Positions 1 through 11,561 are shown, numbered from the stretch's first letter. The stretch: DNA of 43,679 bases from Octopus bimaculoides (GCF_001194135.2 NC_069000.1:20802910-20846588); one strand, 5' to 3'. Made by a program: numbers and translations. Notes: generated from the sequence alone by a model not told the origin.

Positions 1-868
1 CAAATTAAGATAAACAAAGTTCTTTTTAAATCTAAAATATACTGGTAAACTTGCAATGCCCCTCTTCCAAAATTCACTTCATATTTTTTTCCGTCAAAAT
101 GATTTTGAAAACTGCGGAATAAATGATAATCAGATGGAGGAATGTCCGGCGAATATGGTGGATGGGGCATCGCTTCCCATGCAAACTGCTCCAGCCTTTG
201 GAATGTCATCCTCGCTGTATGTGGCCGAGCGTTATCCTGATGGAAGAACACTTTTCGTCTTAAAACAAAAGATGGTCGTTTTTCTTTAACTTAAACCGCT
301 CAAGCTGCTCGCGGTAGATCTTTATTATCGTTTGGTTTGAGTTTAAAAGTTCTAAGTGGTCTAAACTTTTCACATACCACAAACAGATAACAACACCTTA
401 CGTGGGTGAAGACCTTCTTTAGCCAGGGGTACCGATGTTTCTCTTTTCTCTGCCCACTGTCATCGGCGCTTGGTATTTTTATAGAGAGCCCATTTTACGT
501 CACCAGTCTTCTAGGATGTAATTTCCGGTTCAGAATTTCTGGAACCACCGTTGACATTGGCTTATGCTTATTATCCGATCCCTATATACTGCACATATAT
601 TCCTCACACCTTCCGTTGCGTTGTTGCCTTTACTAAACTCATAAAGCAAAATATGCCGATTATGATCCTTTGTCACTTCCATTATGGTTTTGAAAAAAAT
701 AACTGCTAAAATCGAACTGCACTTTTCAAACCTTGCACTAAGAATAAGTACAAGGTAAAATTACTATATGCTTTTATAGCAAGTTGATGCAGGTAGTTTG
801 TCCCGTTTCCCTCCGACTTTTAGTTCATACATTTGAAAAAACCGCATTGTTTATGGAATGACCCAATA
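1..868 (-). mobile_element. Mariner (DD34D) DNA transposon, internally deleted and degenerate; right end runs off the window
   Basis: Manual minus-strand translation gives MEVTKDHNRHILLYEF... (ATG at 682), fused to TGDVKWALYKNTKRR*QW...AKEGLHPRKVLLSV, then HQDNARPHTARMTFQRLEQFAWEAMPHPPYSPDIPPSDYHLFRS (101-290), with exactly 34 residues between the 2nd and 3rd Asp. TIR TATTGGGTCATTCCATAAACAATGCGG ends in TA at 867-868 and matches the TIR at 40566. Confidence 0.92.
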
Positions 869-870
869 TG

Positions 871-908
<38 letters not shown>

Positions 909-931
909 AAGAGAGAGGGAGAGAGAGAGAG

Positions 932-992
932 TCAACAGATGCGACCCAGAGAGGCTCATTATAGAAAACAGTAGTGCTCAAATGATTTGAAC
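932..992. repeat. Unidentified ~60-bp dispersed repeat (second copy 42068-42132)
   Basis: TCAACAGATGCGACCCAGAGAGGCTCATTATAGAAAACA-GTAGTGCTCAAATGATTTGAAC aligns to 42068-42132 with about 8 substitutions and one 4-nt indel. Confidence 0.7.
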
Positions 993-1320
993 ATATGGTT
1001 CTAAATCTTTATCGAATACTAATCTCTCCACTCTGAAGACGGAGGCCGGATTTACGGTAAAGTTTTTATACATCTAGTACTAGTTGCAACTTCTTGCACA
1101 CTCCATCGCACACGCTCCATTTTCCCACACACCAAATATTACATAATTCTGATCCCCCAGAAATAGCTTTCGTGCCTGAAATGCCATGCTTTCTCTCCTT
1201 AGTTTTTTGTATATTTGTATATTTGTTCCTTGTTGATTCGTATTCTTTCAAAAGATTAATGGAATATCTGTAAATTATATTTCGTATGTGTATTTCGTGT
1301 GCAAGATTAATAATAATAAT

Positions 1321-1436
1321 CCTTTCTACTAGAGGCATAAGGTCTGAAATTTGAGGGAGGCGGGATAGTCGATTATTGACCCCGAAAGGATGAAAGGCAA
1401 AGTCAGCCTTAGAAGCATTTGAACTCAGAACGTAAA
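1321..1436 (-). mobile_element. SINE family 1 (tRNA-derived), partial copy
   Basis: CGAAAGGATGAAAGGCAAAGTC...TTTGAACTCAGAACGT is the reverse complement of the family central domain and B-box (GAGTTCAAAT); 112/116 identical to 2600-2715. Confidence 0.85.
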
Positions 1437-2319
1437 TTATAATGATGCAAAAAAAAAAAAATTTTTTAATTAAATGGATTTGCTGCCAAAGAAATCAAAG
1501 ACGGAGTCAATGATTCAACTCCAACTATGCTCACACTTGTTTCAGTATGCCCGCATATATTTGAGTGGGAGAAACCTGAGACGGATAGATTAAATATTAT
1601 ATTGTAGTATATAGTTTCATCCATCTAAATTAATATTCTACCGCGAGCAAAATATGGTTGTCATCTATCCCAGGTAAACAGGACAACTTGTAATATACTG
1701 AGTTCAATTTAGTCAACTATACGTTTCTACTATTCATATCCGTATTTGTACCAATGTAAGAAATTATCATTTTGCAATGATGTCCTAAAATAATCACTAA
1801 AATCCGCTGTGGTTTAAAATTTCGTAGTTAAAACTATAATTCAAACTTTTGTGATTTATTGAATATGTTAGTTTACAGCTGAACTCATTAAATTCTCCTT
1901 ATAACACAATTCTTTTTCAAATACTTAATTTTGCTTTTGTTGCATCTGTTTGCGTTGCCTCATTATAAACAATGGAACAAAAAAAAATAAACAAACACAA
2001 ACAAAGGAACTAGCAATTTGTCCAGCACTCACCAAATATTAATAGCACAATTAAATGATGGTTTTTATCTGACTTGGTTCCAGCTTAATTTTGTAAGATA
2101 ATTAATTTACCAAATTGTTTGCAATATATTAATGATAGTTATTTTATCAATTTCAGAAAGATTAGCAGTCAATTTGACCCAAGGCGAAATTTAATTGCGA
2201 AAGCTGAACTTGTAAATTTTTTGTCGTTTGCTCCAGTCAACAGATAATATATAAATACCACAACTATCACTACTGCCGACAACAACAGCAAAAACAACAA
2301 CATCGACAACAACAACAAC

Positions 2320-2370
<51 letters not shown>

Positions 2371-2583
2371 CCTTTTTATTATAGGCACAAGGCCTGAAAT
2401 TTGGAGGGAAGAGGTTTGTCGATTACATCGACACCAGTGTTTCACTGGTACTTATTTTATCGACCTCGAAAGGATGAAAGGTAAAGTCGGCCTTAGCGGC
2501 ATTTGAACTCAGAACGTAAAAACGGACGAAACGCCGCTAAGCATTTTGTCTGGCATGCTAACAATTCTGCCAGCTCGCCACCT
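2371..2583 (-). mobile_element. SINE family 1, near full length
   Basis: Minus strand reads GGCGAGCTGGCAGAATTGTTAG (A-box-like), GAGTTCAAAT (B-box), CCTTTCATCCTTTCGAGGTCGATAAAATAAGTACC central domain, then an (AAT)n array on the tail side at 2281-2370. Confidence 0.9.
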
Positions 2584-2599
2584 AAAAAATAATTATAAT

Positions 2600-2777
2600 C
2601 CTTTCTACTAGAGGCATAAGGTCTGAAATTTGAGGGAGGCGGGATAGTCGATTATCGACCCCGAAAGGATGAAAGGCAAAATCGGCCTCAGAAGCATTTG
2701 AACTCAGAACGTAAAACGGACGAAATGCCGTTAAGTATTTTGTCTGGCATGTTAACGATTCTACCAGCTCGTCGCCT
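2600..2777 (-). mobile_element. SINE family 1, tandem neighbour with an internal deletion
   Basis: Same head, B-box and central motifs as 2371-2583; lacks the CCAGTG...GGTACTT segment. Confidence 0.88.
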
Positions 2778-2783
2778 AAAAAA

Positions 2784-2825
<42 letters not shown>

Positions 2826-2826
<1 letters not shown>

Positions 2827-3262
2827 TAGAAGTACCCGCGAAAATTCCACGGTTATTTTGAACATTGCATGATTAAATCGTACATTTTTCTGAAATATTT
2901 ACTTCTTGTGATGTAACAATCCACTTAAGTAGTATTGAAGGGGGCAACCAATCAAGCAATCAACCTACCTACCTACCTACCTTCATATATAAGTACCTAC
3001 CTATCTACCTACTTATCTATCCACCTACCCACCTCTCTACATACCTGACTATCTACTTTCCACCTTTCCACCTACTATCTCTCTTTTTATCTACGTATCT
3101 ATCTATATTCTATCATTTTATGTATCTACCTACCCATCTAGCTATCTATCTATCCATCATCTATCTGTCTACCTACCTACCTACCTACCTACCTGCATGC
3201 CTGCCTACCTACCTGCCCATCTACCTACTTATCTATCTATCTATCTATCGATCGATCGATTG

Positions 3263-3305
<43 letters not shown>

Positions 3306-3340
3306 ATATTTACTAACATTTCTGTCGATGCATGTACCTG
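2826..3340 (-). mobile_element. Putative non-autonomous Helitron 3' end with internal (CTAC/CTAT)n microsatellite
   Basis: Minus strand ends CCGTGGAATTTTCGCGG (imperfect GC hairpin)-GTACTT-CTAG|T at 2826, the Helitron hairpin+CTRR/T signature. The 5' TC end was not located, so the right boundary is approximate. Confidence 0.4.
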
Positions 3341-3409
3341 TCTGCTCTAACAATGCAGACATACATTTAAACCAAATATCTAAAAAAATAATAAATAATT
3401 GCAGTGCTC

Positions 3410-3455
3410 CAACATGTCCTCAGCCTCTGGGTTGCTGCGCGTAAAAAAGTAAAAG
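3410..3455 (+). mobile_element. SINE family 2 3'-tail fragment
   Basis: GCAGTGCTCCAACATG...AAAAAAGTAAAAG resembles the 3' end of the full copy at 21146-21203. Confidence 0.45.
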
Positions 3456-4139
3456 TAACATTCACAACTGTTACTTCACTTTAATTTAACTGTGTCGACT
3501 ATCTAGCTATCCATCTTTCTATCGCCTATCCGTCACCGAAGCACCCAGATACAACCGAGGAAACTACACAGATATCAGTATCCCTGGGATAGAGAGTAAT
3601 CAGTGTAAAAAGTTTTAACATACAAGTCTTTCTTTTGATTGGCGTTCAGTGAGAAGACTTAGTACTTAAAATATGTAGTGTGGGAGAAGTCACGCATACG
3701 ACTTGTGATAAAAAGAAAATTTTTGAAAGGAACATTGGGTTGGGATTGAGTTGGAGAGTCCGATTTAGGTGAAACCCGAGGAGCCGGGCTACATTACCGA
3801 CCAAATAGAGATACCAGAAAGGTATCCACATCGTGGAAAAACAGCAAAATCATTAACAAACCGCCATAGACACTAGATGCAAAAAATTAATGAATTACAT
3901 CAACATACGAACATTTAACACGGTAACTACATCACAACATCAAATAAAATACTGACGCGCACAAAGATCACCAACACAGCACAAAACATATAAGACCTTT
4001 TCAAAAAATCAAATATTCTATTGGAATAGATTAACAAAAGATTCTTCAGACACTTACTTGTGGAAATACTCGCAACTAGCCAAAAGGACGCACATAAATT
4101 TTTCTATAAGAATAAGTAAATGAGCCTGCCCACTTGACT

Positions 4140-4930
4140 TTTATCAAAGATGGTCTTACTCCAAATACGTAGTGTTGTCTCATTCGCATTGCGATCGCAT
4201 TTAAAGCAAAACCAGCAGCTCAACGACCTCAGGTCACTAGATGTAATGACCATTAGCAAGACCTGAATTTCGAACACCCACACTTAATTTTGATGACTAT
4301 GGATTGTAAGGTCAAAATCGAGAAGTGGTGTCACCGTGTTGTCTCGGAAAATTCTGGATCCCACGATATGGATAATCTTCTTGGAACCAGAAAGTAAGCT
4401 GATGGTATTGAACGAGATCTGTAGCGAAGGCTGTACCTTCAGAATAGTAGCCATCTACTCCCCAATAGCGGCAATGCAATAGCTAGACGTCTTCAATATC
4501 AACAGGTCTTCCTAGGAATGTCCCGCGCTTTAGTGCTAGTGGATGATTGGACCGACATCTTGTATACACGCTCAGACTGTGTGAGATTAGCTGGTTGAAG
4601 AGCGGATATATATGGCTCACAAACTTCTTGATATGCTTTCTGACAGGGTTCGGCTGGATTTGAAGCAAAACTAACAGCTGAGACACACGCTCTTTGACAC
4701 GAAGGAACGAAAACCATTCGATGGGCCAGAGATGCAATATGGCAACAAAGCTACAATTCGGTCTTTGGTGGAGTATGATGAGCACATAATACTCGATTCA
4801 AAGCACACGTGTGCGGCCTTTCAGCAGAGTTTACTTGATCGCTCGATGCGTGTGGTGGCCTGCATCGCAAGATGGATTTCAATGCCTACCTCGGCAAACT
4901 GTTACGATTTGTGGTAATGGAGGTGGGATA
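4140..4930 (+). pseudogene. Degraded APE endonuclease domain of an L1/Tx1-type LINE ORF2
   Basis: Frame-broken translation gives NDLRSLDVMTISKT (ISET motif), DPTIWIIFLEPESKLMVL...FRIVAIYSP (VYAP-like), FLGMSRALVLVDDWTDIL (GDWN-like) and FQQSLLD (KFNxSLL-like). Upstream 3540-4100 may be a decayed ORF1, on weak evidence. Confidence 0.7.
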
Positions 4931-4999
4931 TTGCAAAAGACTGCTAACGGATAATAAAAGCTCAGCTTTACCCAATCATCCTTCCGAGGCTGATTAACA

Positions 5000-5635
5000 C
5001 GCAGAACAAGGAAGTCCCAAACAAAGCGAGAAGCCACTTAGTGTAAGGGACTAAGAAGGAGAAATTAAGACGAAAGGAATAAATTTATTTTAGACTTGAA
5101 AGAGTTCGGGTCATAAGAAGGAAGAAAACAATGAGATGAAAGAGAATATCCAAAGTCTGGTAGTTCGAGGAAAAAAACCACGACCATAAGAAGACTTCTT
5201 TATTCTTGGAAGCAGAACGGCATTTGCATGAAAACGCTGTGAGTTTCGAGTCAGGCGAAATGAGTTGGAGCTAAGAGAGAAAGTTCATCAGAGAACTTCA
5301 TCTGGGGCAATAGCAATAGAAAAGGCTTAGAGGGGCAACGTCAATGTGACGAAGGTTGCAGAGTTGAAGTAAGAAAGGGACCAATCAAATTAGAGACTTG
5401 TTTCTGAACCTGGTCATGGAGATCCAAGTTATGGAGCACTTGTCCAAATATGACAAAAAGATTCCATACAAGGATGAATTGTTGATTTGTAAAGATAGAA
5501 AATTACCTTGGATGTGAGGTAGTCCTTTCACCTGTACAATGACCCAACTCTACGGGAAGCAGACCTACCAATTGATTGTATGTAAGAGCCCCAAGAAAGA
5601 TCAGGCGAGAAAGTAAGACTGGCCTTGTATCAAAA
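5000..5635 (-). mobile_element. CR1-clade LINE, 5'-truncated (post-RT C-terminus plus 3' UTR)
   Basis: Minus translation: LTFSPDLSWGSYIQSIGRSASRRVGSLYR*KDYLTSKVIFYLYKSTIHPCMESFCHIW...DQVQKQVSNLIGP, continuing through frameshifted segments to FKSKINLFLSS* (stop 5065-5067). This is a typical CR1/Zenon-like C-terminus. Confidence 0.8.
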
Positions 5636-5686
5636 CGGAAAATTTACTTTTGGTGACGTCTGAATATATAACATAAAGAGCCAACA

Positions 5687-5869
5687 GGAAAACTGGCAGA
5701 AATGCTTTGCCGTATTAGTCCCGACTCTTTACGTTTAATATTCAAATATCGCCGAGTTCCCCTTCCATCCTTTCAGGTTCAATAAAATTAAGTAGCAGTC
5801 AAGTACTGGGGCCTGTGTAATTGACTAATCTCTCCCATTTAAATTGTTGGCCTTGTGCCGAAATTTGAT
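5687..5869 (+). mobile_element. SINE family 1, diverged copy
   Basis: ACTGGCAGAAATG head, ATTCAAATATCGCCGAG, CCTTCCATCCTTTCAGGTTCAATAAAATTAAGTAGCAG central domain and GGCCTTGTGCC tail. Confidence 0.75.
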
Positions 5870-5877
5870 ATTTTTAA

Positions 5878-5906
5878 TGTTGTTGTTGTGGTTACTATCA
5901 TCATCA

Positions 5907-5965
<59 letters not shown>
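5878..5965. repeat. (GTT)/(ATC)/(ATT)n microsatellite flanking the 3' end of an R4/Dong element
   Basis: Direct inspection. Confidence 0.95.
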
Positions 5966-7210
5966 GCATTTGCACAGCTTCTAACGCTGGAGATATACTA
6001 CAGTGTCAACTGTTCACTACCAGTGAACTAAGGTAACACATCTTATTTTTTGAGCACTTTTCGGAGTATTCGTGCGGTTCCAAGTAGTGATATTTTCTGC
6101 AAGTGCTCCACCCTTATTGCAGCCCCTATTTGTTCCATGTACTTCTCAAGGTTGTTACTCACTGTTCCCAGGGCTCCGACAATTATTGGTATTACTATCA
6201 CCTTTTTCAGCGACCACAACTGCTTAACCTCCCAAGCTAACCTATCAGATCTATCGACTTTTCTTTCTTCCTTATCGCATACCTTGTTGTCAGCTGGGCA
6301 TGCTATGTCTGTGATCCAGCATAGTTCGTTTTCTTTCTCAAAAAAGAGTATGTCTGACTTCCTATTCGCTATCTCATGGTCGCACTGAATCATAAAATCC
6401 TATTGGATCTTTGCAATTATTATTTTCGATGATGCCTTCGGGTTTGTGGTCGTACCAATTTTTTGCTCTGTCAAGTCCATACTTGTTGCAAAGTGTCCAA
6501 TGGACAAGCCTTGCTATATTGTCGTGGCGTCTCTTATATTCTTTTTGGGATAGTGGCGTACGTTAGCCGTAATATTTACATTCCTTTGTCTTGCTCTATT
6601 TTTCCATTTCATTTTTCAATTTCCGTAACCATCCCGTCCCCCACTCCATTATATTTGAATTATTTCGTTCTAAATATCTGAACCAAAGTTCCATGACACT
6701 TCAGCATTTCGCATATCATTTCCTTGTCAGTGTTAATCGTCATCATTTAACTGTTGATAAAATATCCTTGCATTGTTTCTGAAGAGCCCATTCTGATGAC
6801 ACTGCTATATTCTTTGTTGGTATCTTGTTGGCTTTTTTAATTTACTGGATATTGCCTTAACTTTTTTGTCATATCTCTTCTTTGAGATACCTGTAATCCA
6901 CAATGCCTAATGATGTACTTTCTATGGCGATTGTTCCTTTGTCTTTCCTTCACTATTTTCTTTTCAATTATTGCATTAAGTCTTCAAAATCTCTTTGTTG
7001 AGCAGTTCAACTTAATTGTCAAATCTCCGTTTCCATCATGGCTTTTGATCTCTTTTCCCTCATCTTTGAACAGCAACGTAGGCTGCGAAGTATATGAAAT
7101 TTTTTAAATCTTATATTTTCGACATTAATTTTCGATAACAGCTCGTCTAGTTTCTTTACTATTTTCTTTTGATACCTCTCACAGCCTCTTTTACAATTAA
7201 AATTCCTCTC
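5966..7210 (-). mobile_element. R4/Dong-clade RLE non-LTR retrotransposon with the RT domain deleted
   Basis: ORF 6043-6393 is an RLE C-terminus (NRKSDILFFEK...DIACPAD...IPIIVGALG...LQKISLLGTARILRKVL). 6400-6570 encodes KEYKRRHDNIARLVHWTLC...WYDHKPEG. 6580-6900 encodes the pre-RT region (YQQRI.QCHQNGLFRNNARIFYQQL). No RT lies between them. Both ends abut (TAA)n arrays. Confidence 0.9.
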
Positions 7211-7264
7211 TTATTATTATCATTATTATTATTATTATTATTATTAATATTATTATTATTATTA

Positions 7265-7328
<64 letters not shown>

Positions 7329-7340
7329 GTTGTTGTTGTC
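7211..7340. repeat. (ATT)n microsatellite
   Basis: Direct inspection; source of the poly-L and poly-I ORFs. Confidence 0.95.
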
Positions 7341-7579
7341 TTTTTTTCTTCTTTCTCCAAATTTTCTTCTATTTCTCGCTGAGTGTTTTCCGTACACCTA
7401 GGGCAGAGAAACTTGTTGTATGCATTCCCAGTTTACACACGCAAATTCACAGGTAGAATATGTATTTAAAAAAAAAAGATTAATAAAAAAATTCATGAAT
7501 GATCATTATTATTATTAGTAGTAGTAGTAGTAGTAGTAGTAGTAGCAGCAGTAGTAGTAGTAGTAGTAGTAGTAGTATT

Positions 7580-8960
7580 TTAATATACACACAACAGATT
7601 AGACTGTTGGGGAAAAATCCTAACATTAGGCTACAACAAGTAACCTTAGATACAAAGAACCCTCCTAAGTATCCTAGCTTCCTACATAATTTCCAATGGA
7701 GAACTCTCCCTAGGTTGTCATANNNNNNNNNNTATACCTCGCATATTGATTATTTTCATCATTTGGGACTGTAAAGTCAATTAACTGGCACTTTCTATTC
7801 TCTTTATCTACTACTACTAAATCAGGCCTTCTAGCTTCTATTACTCTGTCAGCCTGAATGTTAAAGTCCCACAACTTCTTTTATTTTTACTTTCTAGTAT
7901 TTACTAGGTTCATGTTCATATCGTTAATTAGAATGTTTAAATCCTAGCTTCCTACATAATTTCCAATGGAGAACTCTCCCTAGGTTGTCATATCTTTTCG
8001 TGTATTCTTTCTGTGACAGCATGCTACATTCACTGCCTATATGAGTAACGCTTTCCTCTTTTGATTTGCATAACCTGCATTGGGAATCTACTTGTTTTTT
8101 GCCTATCTTGGCTTTTATCCTATCAGTCCTTAATTCTTGCTCTTGTGCAGCTACGAACAAATTTTCTGCCTCCTTTTTCAGCTTTCCTTTATGCAGCTAT
8201 AGCCATGTCTCACTACTACTATTTGCTGCAACTATCTTTGGGAATCTACGATGCAACGCCTTCTCCTGCCAGTCAGATAATTTCTGGGGGGGGGGTCTAG
8301 TTTTTAACTTCATTTGGTTTTTTGGTTTCTCAATGTCTTGCTGTGACTCTAGCAGCTTTTAATAAACTTTCTTCACTATCACCTACAAAGGAGTCTATAT
8401 CTACTCTAGCTAACTCCACGCAGCCTTCTACTGCTATTAACCGTCTTCCACCTTCCTTTCTAGGTATGTATAATCTTGCTACTTCTGCCCTTGGGTGGAA
8501 TCCTCCATTCATTTTCAATTCCTTTGTAGTTCGTCTATCTAGTTTTGCTAATTCAGTTTTTGTTCAATCTACAAAAGCTGCTGAGTACCTAAGTAATGAT
8601 ACTTCCCAAGCATTTACAGCCTTCACTAAATTCGGACCATTTAGCTTTGACATCATTAGCCTCCTCACCCTTCTGAAATTTTCGTTTTCATTTCTATTGT
8701 TAGTACACTGTCAGATTCTAATACTCCTAGATACTTTATAACTCTCTCCTCCTTTCAATGATTTTAATGTCAAACCATCTGGTAGGCTGCCTTCGCTGTT
8801 GACTACCTGTCCACTTCTCATGACTAATATTGCACACTTATCTATGACAAATTCTATGCTTATATCTTTGCTGAAGAGTCTTCCAGTCTGTATTAAAGAA
8901 TCTATCTCTTTTTCATTCTTACTAAAAAGCTTCAGACCATCCATGTAGAACAAACGGTTA
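7580..8960 (-). mobile_element. Second R4/Dong-clade LINE (different family), 5'-truncated within RT
   Basis: Starts at NRLFYMDGLKL (YMDD>YMDG). Continues with GGFHPRAEVARLYIPRKEGGR, CCHC knuckle CRLCKSKEESVTHIGSEC, RYDNLGRVLHWKLC, RLE LWDFNIQADRVIEARRPDLVVVDKENRKCQLIDF, and the C-terminus RILRRVLCI* at ~7645-7675. Flanked by (AGT)n at 7507-7578 and (ATT)n at 8965-9055. Confidence 0.92.
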
Positions 8961-8987
8961 TTTTTATTATCATTAATAATAATAATA

Positions 8988-9045
<58 letters not shown>

Positions 9046-9502
9046 CATTGTTATTACATAATTGTGGTGGCCATTTGGCATTTCTTGAAGCTTTTTACAT
9101 TCTGGTTTCAAATCTTNNNNNNNNNNNNNNNNNNNNNNNNNNNNNNNNNNNNNNNNNNNNNNNNNNNNNNNNNNNNNNNNNNNNNNNNNNNNNNNNNNNN
9201 NNNNNNNNNNNNNNNNNNNNNNNNNNNNNNNNNNNNNNNNNNNNNNNNNNNNNNNNNNNNNNNNNNNNNNNNNNNNNNNNNNNNNNNNNNNNNNNNNNNN
9301 NNNNNNNNNNNNNNNNNNNNNNNNNNNNNNNNNNNNNNNNNNNNNNNNNNNNNNNNNNNNNNNNNNNNNNNNNNNNNNNNNNNNNNNNNNNNNNNNNNNN
9401 NNNNNNNNNNNNNNNNNNNNNNNNNNNNNNNNNNNNNNNNNNNNNNNNNNNNNNNNNNNNNNNNNNNNNNNNNNNNNNNNNNNNNNNNNNNNNNNNNNNN
9501 NN

Positions 9503-9597
9503 ACGAGGACGAGAACGAGGAGGAGGACAAGGAGGACGATGAGGAGGACGAGGAGGACGAGGAGGAGGTAGGGGAGGAGGAGGAGGAGGAGGAGGAG
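9503..9597. repeat. (GAG/GAC)n repeat at a gap edge
   Basis: Direct inspection. Confidence 0.9.
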
Positions 9598-9962
9598 TGT
9601 GGCATTTAGAATGCTTGACGTCAGTATGAAGAAGCCGCGTTTGTACTGTTAACCCTTTCAAAACACATCGCTAACATAAGCTAGGAAGCTAACATAAGCT
9701 ATTAACTCTCTCCAGCCTTGTTTCGCTGATACCCAATGAGCCAACAGCCCAAACAACCCACCACCCGGTCGTCCAATTACCCACACACCCAACCTTAACG
9801 CCCGTTCTTATGCTTGAATCAATTTGTGAAGCAGACAGACGGAAATTTAGCTTAAACGGCAACAAATATACTGGTATTCTTATCGCAACATACCCTCTCT
9901 GTTGCAAATCGACTTCTAGACACATTGTGTTTTCATTTCCTACTCCGCTCCTCAAGACAATT

Positions 9963-10057
9963 AATACACACACAGATACACTCGTATGCATATACACGTA
10001 CATATACAGACACACAAGACACACACACATATACATATACAGATAGATACATATATG

Positions 10058-10110
<53 letters not shown>

Positions 10111-10363
10111 GTATGTGCGTGTGTGTGCGCTTGTGAGGCAATTATGTCGAGGAAGAGCCATTTACACTATTTAAAAACAAATAAATAAAGCTATTTACTT
10201 TTAATTATCTCTAGAGGTGCCAAAATTTTTCGTTGCAATTTGCGATGTGTGTATGTGTGTGTGTGTGTGCATGTGCGTGTATGTGTATGTTCATGCGCAC
10301 GCATGTGTTTACAAACACATGCATGCACATATATACTCATATATAGACATATATAAACAATGC

Positions 10364-10394
<31 letters not shown>

Positions 10395-10562
10395 CTTATA
10401 TATGTATGTATATGTGCTAGCTCCTGTGTGTGTCTGAGTCTGGACACACGTGCACACACATGCATACACACAGACACACATACACATATATATGCACATA
10501 TTACATAAGTTATACCTTTTTATGTATGTATATGTACATTGCTTGTAAACATGCATGCATTC

Positions 10563-10639
<77 letters not shown>

Positions 10640-10760
10640 CAGATGGATAGATAGATGTCTAGCTAGATGGATAGATTAGATGGATAGACGCATACATACA
10701 TACATACATACATACATACATACATACATACATACATGCATGCATACATACACACAGCAC
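9963..10760. repeat. Compound microsatellite block (CA/TA/TG, GATA, CATA)
   Basis: Direct inspection. Confidence 0.9.
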
Positions 10761-11132
10761 ATAATCTATATACTGGATAATACTCACATAGACCTAATAA
10801 CTACATATGCTATCTGGGTAGTGTGGCAACAAGCGGCCAACATGTAGATTATAAATTCATTAGGAATCCGAAGTTTTACGAACAGACGGAATGTTAAATA
10901 CAAACACTAACTGTTGAGCGAACATCAAAAACTCAGAGAAGACGGTTTTACGTCACAAATCTATTACATTTATGTTAATATTTACAAATAACATTGTAGT
11001 ATTTAATATTTATTGCAAAAGTCCACTGATTCGATGGTTGCTGTCAAGTGTTGTCATTTAAAAGAAGCACAAGAGGAACAAAACGTCTTGCAATATATAT
11101 AAATAAATGCCTACCTTTATATTCTCTGTTCA

Positions 11133-11250
11133 AATCTCTTCAAAGCTAACTTTGCCTTTCATCCTTCCAGGTTTCATAAATGAAATACTAGTTAATTATT
11201 AGTATTAATATAATCGACTGTACCCCGACCCCATCCAAAATTTCCCAATC
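11133..11250 (+). mobile_element. SINE family 1 central-domain fragment
   Basis: CTTTGCCTTTCATCCTTCCAGGTTTCATAAA matches the family central domain. Confidence 0.6.
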
Positions 11251-11461
11251 GTTTGCCTAAATTAGAAGCATTCGAAATGCATTACCTGTCAAACACTAGT
11301 GTCGAAGGCATCCACTAACACTTTCTCATCAAGACTGCTGCCCTTGTGCTTCGTTTATAAACAAATGTTATCAAGTTATTCATATTGTCATCATGAATAA
11401 CACATTGATAGCTTGCATATAAGTGATTGTTTACTACACTATACTTAGTATGTATGTGTAT

Positions 11462-11561
<100 letters not shown>

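Noticed and set aside
1-992. Segmental duplication of 1-992 at 40566-42132 (mariner plus 60-bp repeat at both ends of the window)
   Set aside because: Spacing and intervening sequences are not homologous and the mariner copies have different deletions; independent insertions are more likely.
1066-1338. 90-aa minus-strand ORF with Cys/Trp-rich end
   Set aside because: Its start lies in a SINE tail/(AAT)n and I recognise no domain; kept only as a possible acceptor mentioned under the 14697 finding.
9689-10141. 150-aa minus-strand ORF
   Set aside because: The first third is (CA/TA)n translation; the remainder has no motif or strong splice sites.
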